A stretch of 45,283 nt of DNA, the filler included, from Catajapyx aquilonaris (lineage: Eukaryota), in NCBI GenBank assembly GCA_000934665.2. It is 2 parts of 2 records of this genome, joined end to end, with 100 filler letters (N's around TTAATTAATTAA, not from the genome) between each part and the next. Parts side by side here need not be neighbours in the genome. Positions count along the whole stretch, not along the records: positions 1 to 22,500 come from JYFJ02005860.1; 1 more part is not named here. One strand, 5' to 3'. Every line of letters begins with the position of its first letter. The first letter of the stretch is position 1. The position numbers and the translations under genes are program-made. The notes beneath the pieces are model-generated. The model did no database searches and was not told the origin of the DNA. It saw nothing but the letters and a program-made list of their open reading frames with translations. This document shows, piece by piece, positions 1 through 12,000 of the stretch.

Positions 1-1815
1 AAACATGTCCGTAACATGGCAGCGCCCAGGATTACCAACACATAAACACAAAAGCACATAAACAGTCGCGACATTACTTTTGCGGTCAATAGTACATGCC
101 TGGTCATAGTTCTCATGGCACCTGGCCCAAACTACGACAAGAGGTAGAGGTTAGTCAGAATTTGCTGGCCATGAAATGAGCAGCCCGTCACGTCCACAAC
201 AGGCGTTATTAAAAGTGACGTTCAGGAAATGACGAACTCTGAATGACTAGTGGAATGGGGTAGTGGTGAAGGATGTAGGCAACTTTCTGGTGAACTGTGG
301 CGTAATTCGCGTCGATCTATTCCCCAGGGCCTCACTAGTTTACATACACATTGAGGTAGTTTCCCGCAATCAAATAGATTCCACACTTAAATAGGTTTAT
401 GAATATTAGAGGATATCGACGCAAGACCAGGCGACACGAGGTCACAAGGATAGTGATGTCACTTTCCGTGACCCATGCCCCTTTTCAAGGGAAAGTGACT
501 CCCTAGTGGTACGACGTATGTTACAATTATCCCTAGTAATGCTGCTATTAACACTAATTAGAAGCGTTGAGGAAATGCAATAACGACACACAATTCCCGC
601 TGGAGTATTATTTTACATTCTAATGTATCATCACTTTCCCCCGCCTCCCAATACCAGGCTCTACTCGTTAGCATTTCATTGCGGTACCGGTAATAATAAT
701 AATGATTCAAAAGTCCATCAGGCCTGGTAAATGTGGTGAACAAATAACGGCCGGTTATGGGTGGGCGATACAACATTTTCGTGTGAGTAGTATCTCGGCT
801 GTAAAATTTAGGAGCTTATTTTCATTACTTAATAAACATCCCTCGTAATCCCGAAACTAATGAATTTGTGACTTAAAACGTGCCACCATTAGCAGCACGA
901 TTTCAGATAGCTACGGTCCAATTACGTGGGAGATTGATTGCCTGCCGGAACTGTTCATTTCATAATATTTACAAGGGCAAATATTATGCATATAGCCTAT
1001 ATGCAGTAGGGTCTTCACAAGCAAAATTCGAATTTTTTCACTAATTTGTTGCTCCTATGAACGTTACTCTTATAATTTAAGTCAGCTAAGTTACGTTACA
1101 TATGAGTTACGATGTGAGAAAAAAGTGCGAGTAGCTTTTAGGATCACAAGTTACGCTAACACAACCTATGATGCATGATTTATTTCCTCTCGATGTAGCT
1201 ATCTAGAAGCACTTTGAAACGCGTACCTAGAGCCTAGAGTGCATGGATGCATAAAAATATTTTAAGAAATGCTCAAGAACCTCCACGTATACCAATTCCC
1301 CAAATTCAACTCAAGTCAACTTTTTGAGAGTGCACACACACAGTTTGCTTTATACTGTATTTAATGCAATCATTTTCTACCGTGTGTTTCATAAGTTAAC
1401 TCCCATCCATTATACCGGTAAAAATCACTCGGACGCTACTCTTTATTCGCGCCTGTTACATCACCTTCAGGTTTTGAGTGCCTATTAAATTGAAAGCCCG
1501 TTAAATGGGCTTTCCAACGATGTCTGTAGGCCCTAACTCACTGCCAAAATTGAAGGTAAGGTGGCAGAACCTATAGTGGAAATTAGCGGCCGCTAGATAT
1601 TTACTGATTCGTTGTGAGTTAAAACTTATGAAACACGCGGTATATGTACACAGTGAGAAAGTATATTTTAGCCGGATTCCCATAAGCGGATCAAGATCTA
1701 ATCAAGCTGTAATCTGAAACTTTACAACGCTTTGTCTCATAACTAGCAGCAATGTTACAAAAGAAACTGCCAGTGGATGTATGAACTCTCTCTATCCCAA
1801 CAATAAACACAGGTT

Positions 1816-2170
1816 TGGGGAGATGAAGTGGCGCCGCGGTAACGCGTGCGCCCACGGATATGAAGGTCCGGGTTCAATCCCCACCCGGGGTTCCCACCTT
1901 TATCCGTGCAGAGTTGGGCCATCTCTGGCTTCATTTCGGGTGGCCATTTCCGACAGACTAAGCCACCCGGGGGAGTTCACAAAATGACGATTAGAGACAT
2001 TGCACATGCACTTTGCACATCCCCTCCCACCCACCCTTGGAGTACACTAATAAGATTCTATCTTAACTCGCTCCAACTAAAAACCCCAATGGTGGTAATC
2101 CACCCCCCCCCCCCNCCCCCCCCCCCCTAAGGAGTACGTAACTCCCCCCGTGGGGTAATGCAAAAAAAAA
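1816..2170 (+). mobile_element. Full-length tRNA-derived SINE with A-tail and target-site duplication
   Basis: A-box-like TGGCGCCGCGG at 1829-1839 and B box GGTTCAATCCC at 1871-1881. A9 tail at 2162-2170. Exact 15-bp direct repeat CAATAAACACAGGTT at 1801-1815 and 2171-2185. Confidence 0.88.
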
Positions 2171-2308
2171 CAATAAACACAGGTTCTCCTGTTTTATAAA
2201 TACGACCTAATTAAACTAACATCCGGATTGAAGTATATATACATGGATGGGTAACAATTACATCTTCCGTTTAATTTTTGCCTGTGACTATTGTTTAGGT
2301 TGCAGTAT

Positions 2309-2450
2309 CTGTGGGGCTCAAATGATTTTGGTCACTTTATCCTGGTCTTGAAGCAACCCTTCGCACAGTCCCCACGTTGAGCAGGTGCGTGTGTGTGAAG
2401 GGTTGCTTCAGGACCAGGATAAAGTGACCAAAACAATTTGAGCCCCATAG
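2309..2450. repeat. Short foldback element (59-bp arms, 24-nt loop), probable MITE
   Basis: Arms 2309-2367 and 2392-2450 are reverse complements with 5 mismatches. Confidence 0.8.
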
Positions 2451-2645
2451 TACATTGCTGGACGTGTGTCCACTTGCATGCCCAAAAGGCAGGTCTGTTA
2501 TTGTTTTACAATTATGATGTATTGTAGAATAATTGTATCGACTGGGTAATGGACGAGATTACGTCAGAGCCATGGTCACCTCCTACCTCATCAAGCCTGT
2601 CATTATTATTCTGAAAGTTGGAACCAAAAATAATTAATATTTCTG

Positions 2646-3152
2646 CAGTTGAATCTGGATATAACAGCCTCGTCTGTAACAGACTTTCGGTTATAACAGA
2701 CTCGAAAGGCTGGTCCCGCCATAAGGCCCTATGTATTTTCATTCCTGATCTAACAGACCCATTTTTACCTCACATCGGGTAGCTATAACATTGGCCTCTT
2801 GGTGGGAAAATATGCTGTTTTTGATTACTCAGCTTACTTTCCCACGCGAGCAAAGCACTGCATACTGGAACGGCGGTGATTTTCCAATCTGTCACTGATC
2901 TATAACACTTTCCGAAGATTAAAATAGTTCTCTTTCAAGTATATTTGGCAAGAAAATGACGGGTTTTTGTTTTTGGTTCTGCCTAAGTTACGAGTGATCT
3001 AATTTCGCAAGTTAGTGGATAGTTTCATTATTCAGTATGCAGTAGTGTGCATTATAAGCATGTGGAAAGCCGAAAACCTCTGTATTCGTTCCAAAAATTG
3101 CTATTTGCTATAACAGACGTCCCTTGAAGTCTGTTGTATCCGGATTAAACTG
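2646..3152. mobile_element. Non-autonomous Tigger/pogo-like (Tc1-mariner superfamily) element
   Basis: 22-bp TIRs CAGTTGAATCTGGATATAACAG and CTGTTGTATCCGGATTAAACTG (3 mismatches). Repeated subterminal TAACAGAC motifs. TA at the right flank; left flank is TG. Confidence 0.75.
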
Positions 3153-4331
3153 TATAAGATTTTCCCATGTATGAAAAAGCATGCAAATAGGCAACCAGCT
3201 ATCCGTACGGGGCGGTTGCACTCTTCTCAACTACATCCACATCCACGCTCTTGACAACCATACGCTCCTTGCGCATCTCTTGGCGCAAGGGAACTCACTG
3301 AGTAAGGGACGGACATGCTCATTTTCGCCCTCTATTCGCAAGAAATGTGAAGTTGGTGGATGTTCTTAGCTGTGAAGGTGTTTTACACATTCAGATGCGA
3401 GCATGTTCATTTCTGTATACGATATGATTGACCTACACTGCAGCGAATAACGAATAACTCATGCACAAAGCGCATTATTTGGAGCATACAAACTGAATTA
3501 TCCAATCGAGTTAGGGATTGTGTAAAATGAAGTTCTTGATACGTATATTTTCATGCCAGGCCAGGCCTGGGGTAGAGAAATTACTCGTACATACAAAAAA
3601 TGTTTCAAATTAATTAATCCTCCCTGTATAAGGCACTCTGCAATGCCTCTCTACAAACCATTGTCTCGAAATCAGTAAAATTTGACTTCTGTCATCTTAA
3701 ACACAGATCATCATAATTATGCATATTCAAGTTGACACCCTGTCACGTACAACGTTTTTGCCACACAAAATTTTAAAATATTATCAGGGTAGTGTAATCT
3801 GATGAGTATTGGAGCAAAAAATAGCATAAACGGACAGAGCAAGCAAATGCCATGTAGCAGCATGTGCAAGGGAAGCATCTTCCTCTGATTGGTCTAAACG
3901 GTGAACATAATTTTTCTTCCGGTCAATTTGTCTTTCGTTTCTCCAAGCCCAACGAGGTAAAACCCAAGAGGAAACGGGGCTGGCAGCAGATGAGGCGCCA
4001 CTGGGAATACCGAAGCAGTCGTTAGCACAGATAACGAACGCCGCTGTTGGGAAGTTAACGTCCGGGAAAATTGAAAACAGAACAAAAATCAATTTCTCAG
4101 CCTCTGCACACGGGAGAGTTTGAGGGAAACGGGGGAGCTAGGATGGAGGTTGGATCATAACCGAGAGGGTGGGTGGGTGGGAATCCATGGTTATAATGTA
4201 CAGGAACAGTGCAGTTGCAGGCCAACTTTTACAAATGTATGAACATTCTCTATCAGCGGCACTACCTATATGAGTTGGACCTTTACCCAAGCTGCAGACA
4301 CAATTTTTTTACAGCATGTGTCCTCAACTTT

Positions 4332-4660
4332 TTAACTCTCGGTAGCACCCAAAACTTACAGGATCGTTACCAGGAATTTGTCCATTTTGTGTCCATTCCG
4401 ACACGGCCGGGAGCGAGATTTTTGCCATAAAAGTGCTCATAACTCAAACATATTCAGTTAATTAAAAACATGTCCCAAGGTGTATATCAGAGGTATAGTT
4501 TACAAAAATAAAACCTGAAAAATATGTAATAATCGAGGAGATATTTTATTCGATACGGCCGCGCCCCCCCGGACAAATTCCTGGTAACGTAATAAATTAC
4601 CCTATACTGACAAAAATCTGGTTTCATGCAGCTGACCGAACTATGCTTTCAGAGAGGTAA
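4332..4660. mobile_element. Degenerate element with outer and subterminal inverted repeats, possibly piggyBac-like
   Basis: Perfect 19-bp inverted repeat CGTTACCAGGAATTTGTCC (4365-4383) / GGACAAATTCCTGGTAACG (4571-4589). Degenerate outer repeat TTAACTCTCGGTAGCA ... TGCTTTCAGAGAGGTAA. Family assignment is inference. Confidence 0.45.
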
Positions 4661-5515
4661 TTAATCTCACTGCTTGCAATGTGTATTAAAATCAGTATAT
4701 CAATAGACTAACAATCATCTCGTAATAAAACAAGATCGAGAGAGGGAGAGCGGAGTTGTTAGAATGTGTGAAAAGAATGGTCACGGCTTTGACTCGTGTT
4801 TTATCAATATTGATCAAGTTCCAATTTAAACATTTCACACGCAAGAAACAGTACAACGATATTTTCCTGGCAGTTAACAACCAGTGTGGTTCTTCCTTTC
4901 CCTGTTTTCGAATTAATCCTTGCCAGAGCGACACAAGCATGTGGGGAGTGAACACTTGTCGTTTTAAACTATTTAAAAATGAAATTCCGCTATACCAGCA
5001 GGGTAAATCCACTGATCTCGATTACATACTGGATTACGTATGGTCGTGATCGATACTACTATTTTTGCTATCTCCGAGCGCCATGTGGGGACGTCCGCTT
5101 AAGTTCTATTTTACCAAGGGTAGTTCTGACAGTGGCAATAGCAGTTCTTTTTATATGCGACGCTATGTATGTTGCTTCGCTGCTGTGTAAACAACCGGTA
5201 CCAACCGCAACCACATTTTCTTCAATTATTATTGAAGGGCTCTCTGTAATGACCAAGTATGTGCATTTAAGACAGTCTTTTTCCAAGCGAAAAGATATAA
5301 ACCAGGTAAGTCCACATACCTGGTTATTGCAGAGAGCTCTTCAATTTGTACAAGCACTACCGTATATGTTATGTGTTTTTACAATATACGAAAATATGAA
5401 CTCAATAACCTATAAACGTAAAGCAGAAGTAGGTGAATGAAAATACACAAGTAATATCGAGCAAATAAAGCGAAATCTTAAGTCCCAACATGACGGCCGT
5501 CAGATTGCGCATATA

Positions 5516-5939
5516 CAGGGTGTATATGAACTCAGTGCCCCGAGGTATATGACTGCCTTCCTAGCCACCAGAGGATCGATTTATGTATAGGAATCATTAT
5601 GTTTGGCCGCCGCATTACGGAGATAGACTCTTTAGCGATTTTTGCCTAATCGCTCCTTCTGACTTTTAAATAGAATTTTCTGGTGTAACTAGCCAAAGAG
5701 GCCTTACCACCTGTGGGCAACAAACCAACAAAGTCCCGCCCCCAGACCTTCCAGAGCCTTCTGACTGGGGGAGGGTTCGATGGGTGGCCTAACCGACAGG
5801 ATATTTTGTACTACATGTTTGCGGCCAATTATCTCCGTAATGCGGCGGCCAAACATAATGACTCCTATACTTAAATCGATCCTCTGGTGGCTAGGAAGGC
5901 AGTCATATACGTCGGGGCACTGAGTTCAGATACACCCTG
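5516..5939. mobile_element. CAGGGTG-ended MITE with 110-bp TIRs and TA TSD
   Basis: TA|CAGGGTG...CACCCTG|TA. Arms 5516-5625 and 5830-5939 are near-perfect reverse complements. Confidence 0.92.
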
Positions 5940-5952
5940 TATAGTCTATGTT

Positions 5953-6446
5953 CAGTACCCTGCATTAATGGCCATGCACAGACATCGCCACCTGTCCAAG
6001 AACGAGCGGAATGAGGCGCCGGTGGACTGCGTCCAAAATACTTGGACAGCCCAAGATATCGTGGTTGATTCAAATGCTTGCTACAAAGATGGATGACAGC
6101 GGATCACAGCTGTATCTGTGGGATGAATATTATAAGGCCATTGCGATTCCTATCAATGTATTGAGGTTGTGAACCAGTTATTATACGTACCACGTGAATG
6201 CCTGTTAATCCACCGCGATGTCTTGAGCAGCCTTGAGCGGACTCGTGAGCAGTCATGAGATCAAAGTATTTTGGACACAGCCTACCGACTCCTAGCTCCG
6301 CTCAATCTCGCCAGGTGGAGATGTCTGTGCAAAGGCATTAATGCAGGGTACTGTCCCAAGTATTTTGGACGCAACCAACTTCATCTACTTCCGCTCGTTC
6401 CCGCCAGATGGCGGTGTCTGTGCATGGCCATTAATGCAGGGTACTG
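5953..6446. mobile_element. MITE with ~95-bp TIRs and a tandemly duplicated right arm
   Basis: CAGTACCCTGCATTAATGGCCATGCACAGACA at 5953 matches the reverse complement ending at 6446. A more diverged extra copy of the right arm lies at ~6263-6353. Confidence 0.85.
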
Positions 6447-6919
6447 TTCAATCCAGTTTACAGTCGATATGAGTGTGTTCATCACACATAGGCCTACATA
6501 ATAAAATTCCGAGTTGAAATACGCCAATTTCATTCTCTATCCAGTTCCTTGTACTGTTCATCTTCGGTACAATTGCATATCGTTCGATGGTAGTGGAATT
6601 TCATTTGTACGTACATAGTTTAATACGAGAAATGTCCACTCCCCACGTGCAAGTGTCGCGCAAGCAAGAAAAATTCGAAAATAGTAAAGGAAGCTCTGCA
6701 CCGACATAAACGGCGACTCGGAATGCTGACTTTGTTGACATACTGTAGAATAATCCAACGCTCTTTCACGTTGCCTCACTTGGTGGACCGTCGACATTGG
6801 CAGAGTGACAAAAATGTTATTCATTAAAGATATGTTGGCGACATTTTTATACTTAAAGATGTTGCATTAGTTTAAAGTGAGCATGTGTCCCTCCTGGTTT
6901 CCATGGATGTATTTATTTA

Positions 6920-7714
6920 CAGTGGAGCCTCGTACTTCGAACGCCCCTAAAGCCTTGTTTTAAAAACAAAAACGTCTCCCCACAGCCAACTCCACATCGA
7001 CACCTCGCCTGCGCATGCGCTGTTCCGTTCATCGCCGATCCGATCACTCCATCGGATAACTGCTACTCCGTAGCAGCTACTGCGATGCCGCTATCCGCTA
7101 TCCTGCTATCATATATGGTTGTAGTCATATCCGTACGTAGGGCTGTATACGCTGAGGATAGGGCGGTATACGCAACGAGTGAAGGTTAGGTTAGGTTAGG
7201 TTGGGTTAGTACATCGTACCCCTATCGATGTTTCGTCTACTCGTGCATAAATGCCATCTGTTTTGCGCCCAAGTTGTCTCTCGCTCTCGCTGCGAAAGCA
7301 TCTCTTGCGTTACTCGCGCGTATTTATAATGATATTTTGGCTTCATTTTTGGTGCATTTTGTTATAATGGTAGGCAACTCCTTTTCTCAACTGTAACCTT
7401 TCTCTTCCTCTCCACCTGCCATACATCAGCCATACGGGACATGACATCACCACTCTTCATTTACTGGCACAGAAATATCAAATTTCAATTTATTTTACAG
7501 CCTGTACGTATTTTATTTATTGTTTTCATGTTTTAATTATTTTATCATTTAGAGCATTAATCATGTAATGCTTGCCTTCAATTGTTTAGGGTCTGGGAAC
7601 GGATTAATTCACTTTCCATTCTTTCTTATGGGAAATTTTGATTAGAACTTCGAACAATTCAGAGTTCTAACGGTATCCTGGAACGAATTAAGTTCGAAAT
7701 ACGAGGCACCACTG
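6920..7714. mobile_element. Non-autonomous Tigger/pogo-like element with TA TSD
   Basis: TIRs CAGTGGAGCCTCGTACTTCGAAC and GTTCGAAATACGAGGCACCACTG, with TA on both sides. Inserted in a (TATT)n tract. Repeated subterminal TTCGAAC motifs. No transposase ORF. Confidence 0.85.
7183..7209 (+). repeat. Short (TTAGG)n array inside the Tigger-like element
   Basis: AGGTTAGGTTAGGTTAGGTTGGGTTAG; TTAGG is the ancestral arthropod telomeric unit. Confidence 0.8.
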
Positions 7715-8802
7715 TATTTATTTATTTAACTTCCATTCCTACAAAAATTGGGGCCTCATCTCTGTAAATCAGTGGCCGCACTCTCCACTTGAGCTTCCTC
7801 GGAGCTTGGGTCAATATTGTTATTATGGGACACTTGTGTTTCACTTTTGGGATGGCTGAAACACATATTCCGGTTGTCTTCAAAGTATATTCCGTGGTTA
7901 TGTGCCATATGCGAAATCAAAACTATCCACGGACACTTGGAATATAAAACTGAAAAAGCAGATATGAAGATTGGAAAAGCGCCTGAGAGATTCGAATTCA
8001 TGGCTGGAGGCAATGCTAACTGACGAGAAATCAATACCAAGTGGCAGCAATTTGATCCGAAAACGCTCTTCCTCCGCCTTGGCGATGCTCTCATGACCAT
8101 CCTCAGTCTATCTTGGCTGCTTGTTAGCCTCCAGAGTAAAGGATATTAATCTATACGCTTTTATAATCCTTTCAATGATATTGCCATGCCAAACCGGAAA
8201 TCACGAGGTAATATTTGCATGTTTCTTAGTTTAACAAAATTAATAAACAACAATATGTCAAAATATTCAATTCCATTCATTTGATTCTAAAGTGTGAACA
8301 ATGAAGCGTCAAGTGTATGCAGAAAAGCAGGACACTTTTAACATGTGAAAGCAACTGCTATACACTTTTTGCTCCCAGGTTGATGTATGTGACGTAATAT
8401 GGTGTCCGTCAATGTCACGTTCCAACATTTCTCAAGGTTTTGTGTAAGTATGGTTTTCCAACCTGAAACACTATTAGTAACGTCCATGGGCCTCAGAAGT
8501 AATCGTAATAGATGTCCAAAACTATGGGGGACCCGGAAATGGGTGTCCCAAACCTTCATTTTGACATATAGAAAATCAGCGGTTTCCACTGCATTTGGGG
8601 TCACAGAATTGGAGGGATCAGCGTATAGGGAATAAAGGGTACGTAGCAGTTACAGTCTTTTCAACCGCCAAAACCTAAAATACTTCCTGCTTATTAGTAT
8701 AAATTTACGTAAGCAGTGTTTGTGACCAAGTGCTTTGTATAAAGGCAGAATAATGTGATACCAAATATGCAACGCCACTTATTGGAATACTTTACCAGTG
8801 GA

Positions 8803-9006
8803 ATGCCATGGTGTGCAAACACCAAATGTAATAACACTGTACAAAATAATACTGCCAAGTTGCAATTATGCTGTATACAGACCAACGTGAAACAATATTG
8901 CTTGAAGTGGGTGTCCTCAGGCCCAAACAAGCACAGATATGCGGGTACTTCAGTGATAATGATACTTCATCATTATTTTCTGCCGGAGAGATTCCGGGAA
9001 CTGTAG
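8803..9006 (+). pseudogene. Possible highly degenerate THAP-domain relic (transposon-derived)
   Basis: MPWCANTKCNN...LKW...ILHHYFLPERF loosely follows the THAP order M-P-x-C-x4-C-x-N / W / C-x2-H-F-x3-F. The FP motif and third Cys are missing. Confidence 0.25.
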
Positions 9007-12000
9007 TATGCTAATTAATATCCAATAATGAGAACCAATTTTGACGAAATTTTCCCCTGGCAGGAGCTAAGACAGCGGAAAGGGAGTGGAAATAATTCCA
9101 GCACAACCCCACTTGGACAGGAGGAATATAGGAGGTTGTTAAGATCCCTCCACATTTCCTCTCCGCTCTTCTTGCACATTCAACTCTTTCTGCATTGGAT
9201 AAAGGCCGAGTGATCAATGCCCCCCTCTTTTCAGCAGACGGACGCTCCCATACTCCATTTGGGGAAATTGGAAGGCAAATCGGTAATTCCTTTTTTTTCT
9301 TCCACCCTTCTCTATTCTTTCTTGCTAGGTCACTATACAGGATGTAGTTGAAGAGAGACTAGGTCCACTTTCCGATTCCAACTGAATTAAAAGAGCTATT
9401 TCGTGCAGTGGGCGTTACTACTCTTCAATATAAAAAAGAACGATTGGAGAGGTTCTCCATTTCTAGAAGAACGATTTCGGCCGGACTATGGGTTTGAAAG
9501 AGGCTTTCTTCTTTCATTCTTTCTTCTTACCAATAGAGTCGCATGGGGAAGCTTAATACGACCAATCCCACACATGGGCAGCAGTAAATTATTCACTTTG
9601 ATCAAGTTCATGCTCTGATATTAATATAAAGTTGTACAGGAGGAGTAAAGAGTTTGAAAAACTTGTTCCGGTTGGGTGTTATAGAGAAAATTTACATTAA
9701 GCTGGAGTTCATGAGGCCCGTATTATCCCGAGAATTTCCGTCTCCATATTTTATTCTGCTACGCAAGTACAGAGACAAAAGATCTGCATTAACTACTAGG
9801 AACCGCATTCAAAATTCATACGTGGGATTAAGTCCAATTGCGCTGCGACTCGGCCAGAAAAAGTAGCTCAAATTAGCAGCGCAGTTCATCCCCGTGTTTT
9901 TATGGTGCCCTAATTCCGCAATGAAGAAAATGTCACAAGTGGATTAGCCTACAGGGTAGGAAGTGTAATTTGGAATGCGGCTTGATTCTTGTCTGCCGGC
10001 GCTAACGGCCCTAAATTACTCAATATTAGGCACTGCTTTCTTCGCGTGCTAGTCGTGCATAGCCACGTTTCCCCCCTTTCACCTGCCACAGCCTGTGTAC
10101 TCCCCTATTCATTCCTACTTTTGTTCATTTCAACTGTTTCAACACTCTTGTGGAAAAAGAGTGCCAGGCTATAAATATGCGCACGATATTGCCTGGGTAT
10201 ATTTACGCAGGCCAAATCTCAACGGTTCCCACCATCACCATCCCCCGCCTCTTGCTTAAACCTCAATAAATCACAAGACGGTGCCTAGACAGGTCCTCCC
10301 AAAATCCTCTCTTTTCTGCTGGACTCGGTATCCTTCCCCCAAAACTCGCTTATCGAGACAAAAGCCACCAAACTTTACAATAACTTGGGAGGGTAAGGGG
10401 TGGGGAGCTCTCCTGACGTGGTAATTAATCCTACCTTTGGGGTCCAACAGTGAAAATTAGACGTCAGGATATGGGGAAGGGGGGATACCATCACTCATGA
10501 GGGTTCAAGGGTTTCCTCCGATTAATCCAAAACAGGAGGTAAGAGCATTTCGGGATTAATGGACTGCCCTAGCCTATCGACTTCCATATCCGTCACTTAG
10601 CTCGGACTTGAGGTGTTGGGGATACATGGCAAAGCGCCTGCGATGACGTGTTTTGGCCTCAAATTTCTGCTGCAACGCCCAAAGGATTAGGGCTAAGGGT
10701 GATGTAGCAGGCTACTTGATGACTTTAATCTGGGTTCACATGGGGGTCCTTGCATTCGTCTCTGTGTTGTTCAGATGGGATCCTCCAATCAGGATGAGCA
10801 TGTGCAACGACAAGATGGGTGCGGCTGGCGTTCATTGGTGGATCTCAACCGCAACCACGCCCGTGTGAAGCAGCTGAGTTCAAAGTTTCTGTACTTTATG
10901 AAATTAGCAACAATTATTTTCCTCTGCCACGTGCAGGTTGTGGAATTGCTATAATCTACAGTTCATAGAGTATAGGTTCAAATCTAGTCGCGACAAAAAC
11001 AAACGTATATTAGAAATGAGAATCGTGTAGCATTACAGCTTCTAGATACATGTTTAGAGTGGTAGGCTACCAGTAATGATGCGCTACTCGTTAATTTTGT
11101 TCCAACCCACGTATTACTCTAATTGTCATATTTGGAGGAATTAGTATTTTGTCCTACTCATCCATATCGGGTCCGGGATTGGGATAATCCCCCTGGATGG
11201 TCAGAGAGGCATTGTTCATTCCGAGCAGGACGCACCAGAAATAGACCAGGGGATTACCAGGGACAGTCTCTTCATCCATATTTGGAAGGTTTCCGAATTT
11301 CACTAGGTAAACTACTCAACCATGGGAGCAGCAGTTTTCCACTGTTCCAGGATACCTTAATCAACTCAAGATTTATTACAAACGCTACAAAAAAATCTTA
11401 ATAATTTAAGCAGGATTGTACTGTATAGGTACAGCATACCTGTAGGCTACTTGTTCAGGACAAATACTGTATTTGATGGTCAAACGCCCACATGTGAATG
11501 TCAGAGACCGGAGCGATATCGTTCCTGGTACGAAATCGATCACCTTGATAAAAGAGATCACTGGAAAGTGAATAATTTGGGTTCAAGACATGTGATGGAA
11601 AAGGTCAGATGCATTCGCATCTTTCTGAGCTAAATATGACGCTGTCCACTTTTCTACATCGTCTTTATTTTGTAAATTGATCCGAGTAATCTTGTCGTCA
11701 CTTACGCGCCTTTTTCGATGCATTTCTTCCTGGAATCGATTTTCCATTCAGCTTTCACGTCACGGTTAGTCGAGGATAATAGCCTCCCTCATCAGTATTT
11801 GCTATCGAGAATAACCCTGCATGTGACAAATTCAAAGTGCGATTCACCTCATCCACCCACATAATAAGCATTTAATAGTTCTGTGCTAGCGTATTTGGGC
11901 CCATCGTTTGTGCCGGCGCGATTTAACCAACCAACATGCCCCAAAACACCCCTGCTGAGGAGGAAAAGCCCAGGCGATATCTTACAGCGACCACCATTAA

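Noticed and set aside
1492..1530. GAAAGCCC/GGGCTTTC hairpin as a Helitron 3' end or terminator
   Set aside because: No proper CTRR end or U tract follows; 8-bp stems are common by chance.
4979..5440. 153-aa ATG ORF with hydrophobic stretch
   Set aside because: No recognisable motif; AT-rich sequence readily gives hydrophobic chance ORFs.
6263..6446. Direct repeats resembling a CRISPR-like repeat-spacer unit (also 23277-23310 and 24038-24101)
   Set aside because: Only 2-5 short or degenerate copies, no unique equal-length spacers, no cas genes, and a eukaryotic context. The 6263-6446 repeat is explained by MITE arm duplication.
7756..8100. LISHMAHNHG as the end of a C2H2 zinc finger
   Set aside because: No properly spaced Cys pair upstream; insufficient evidence.
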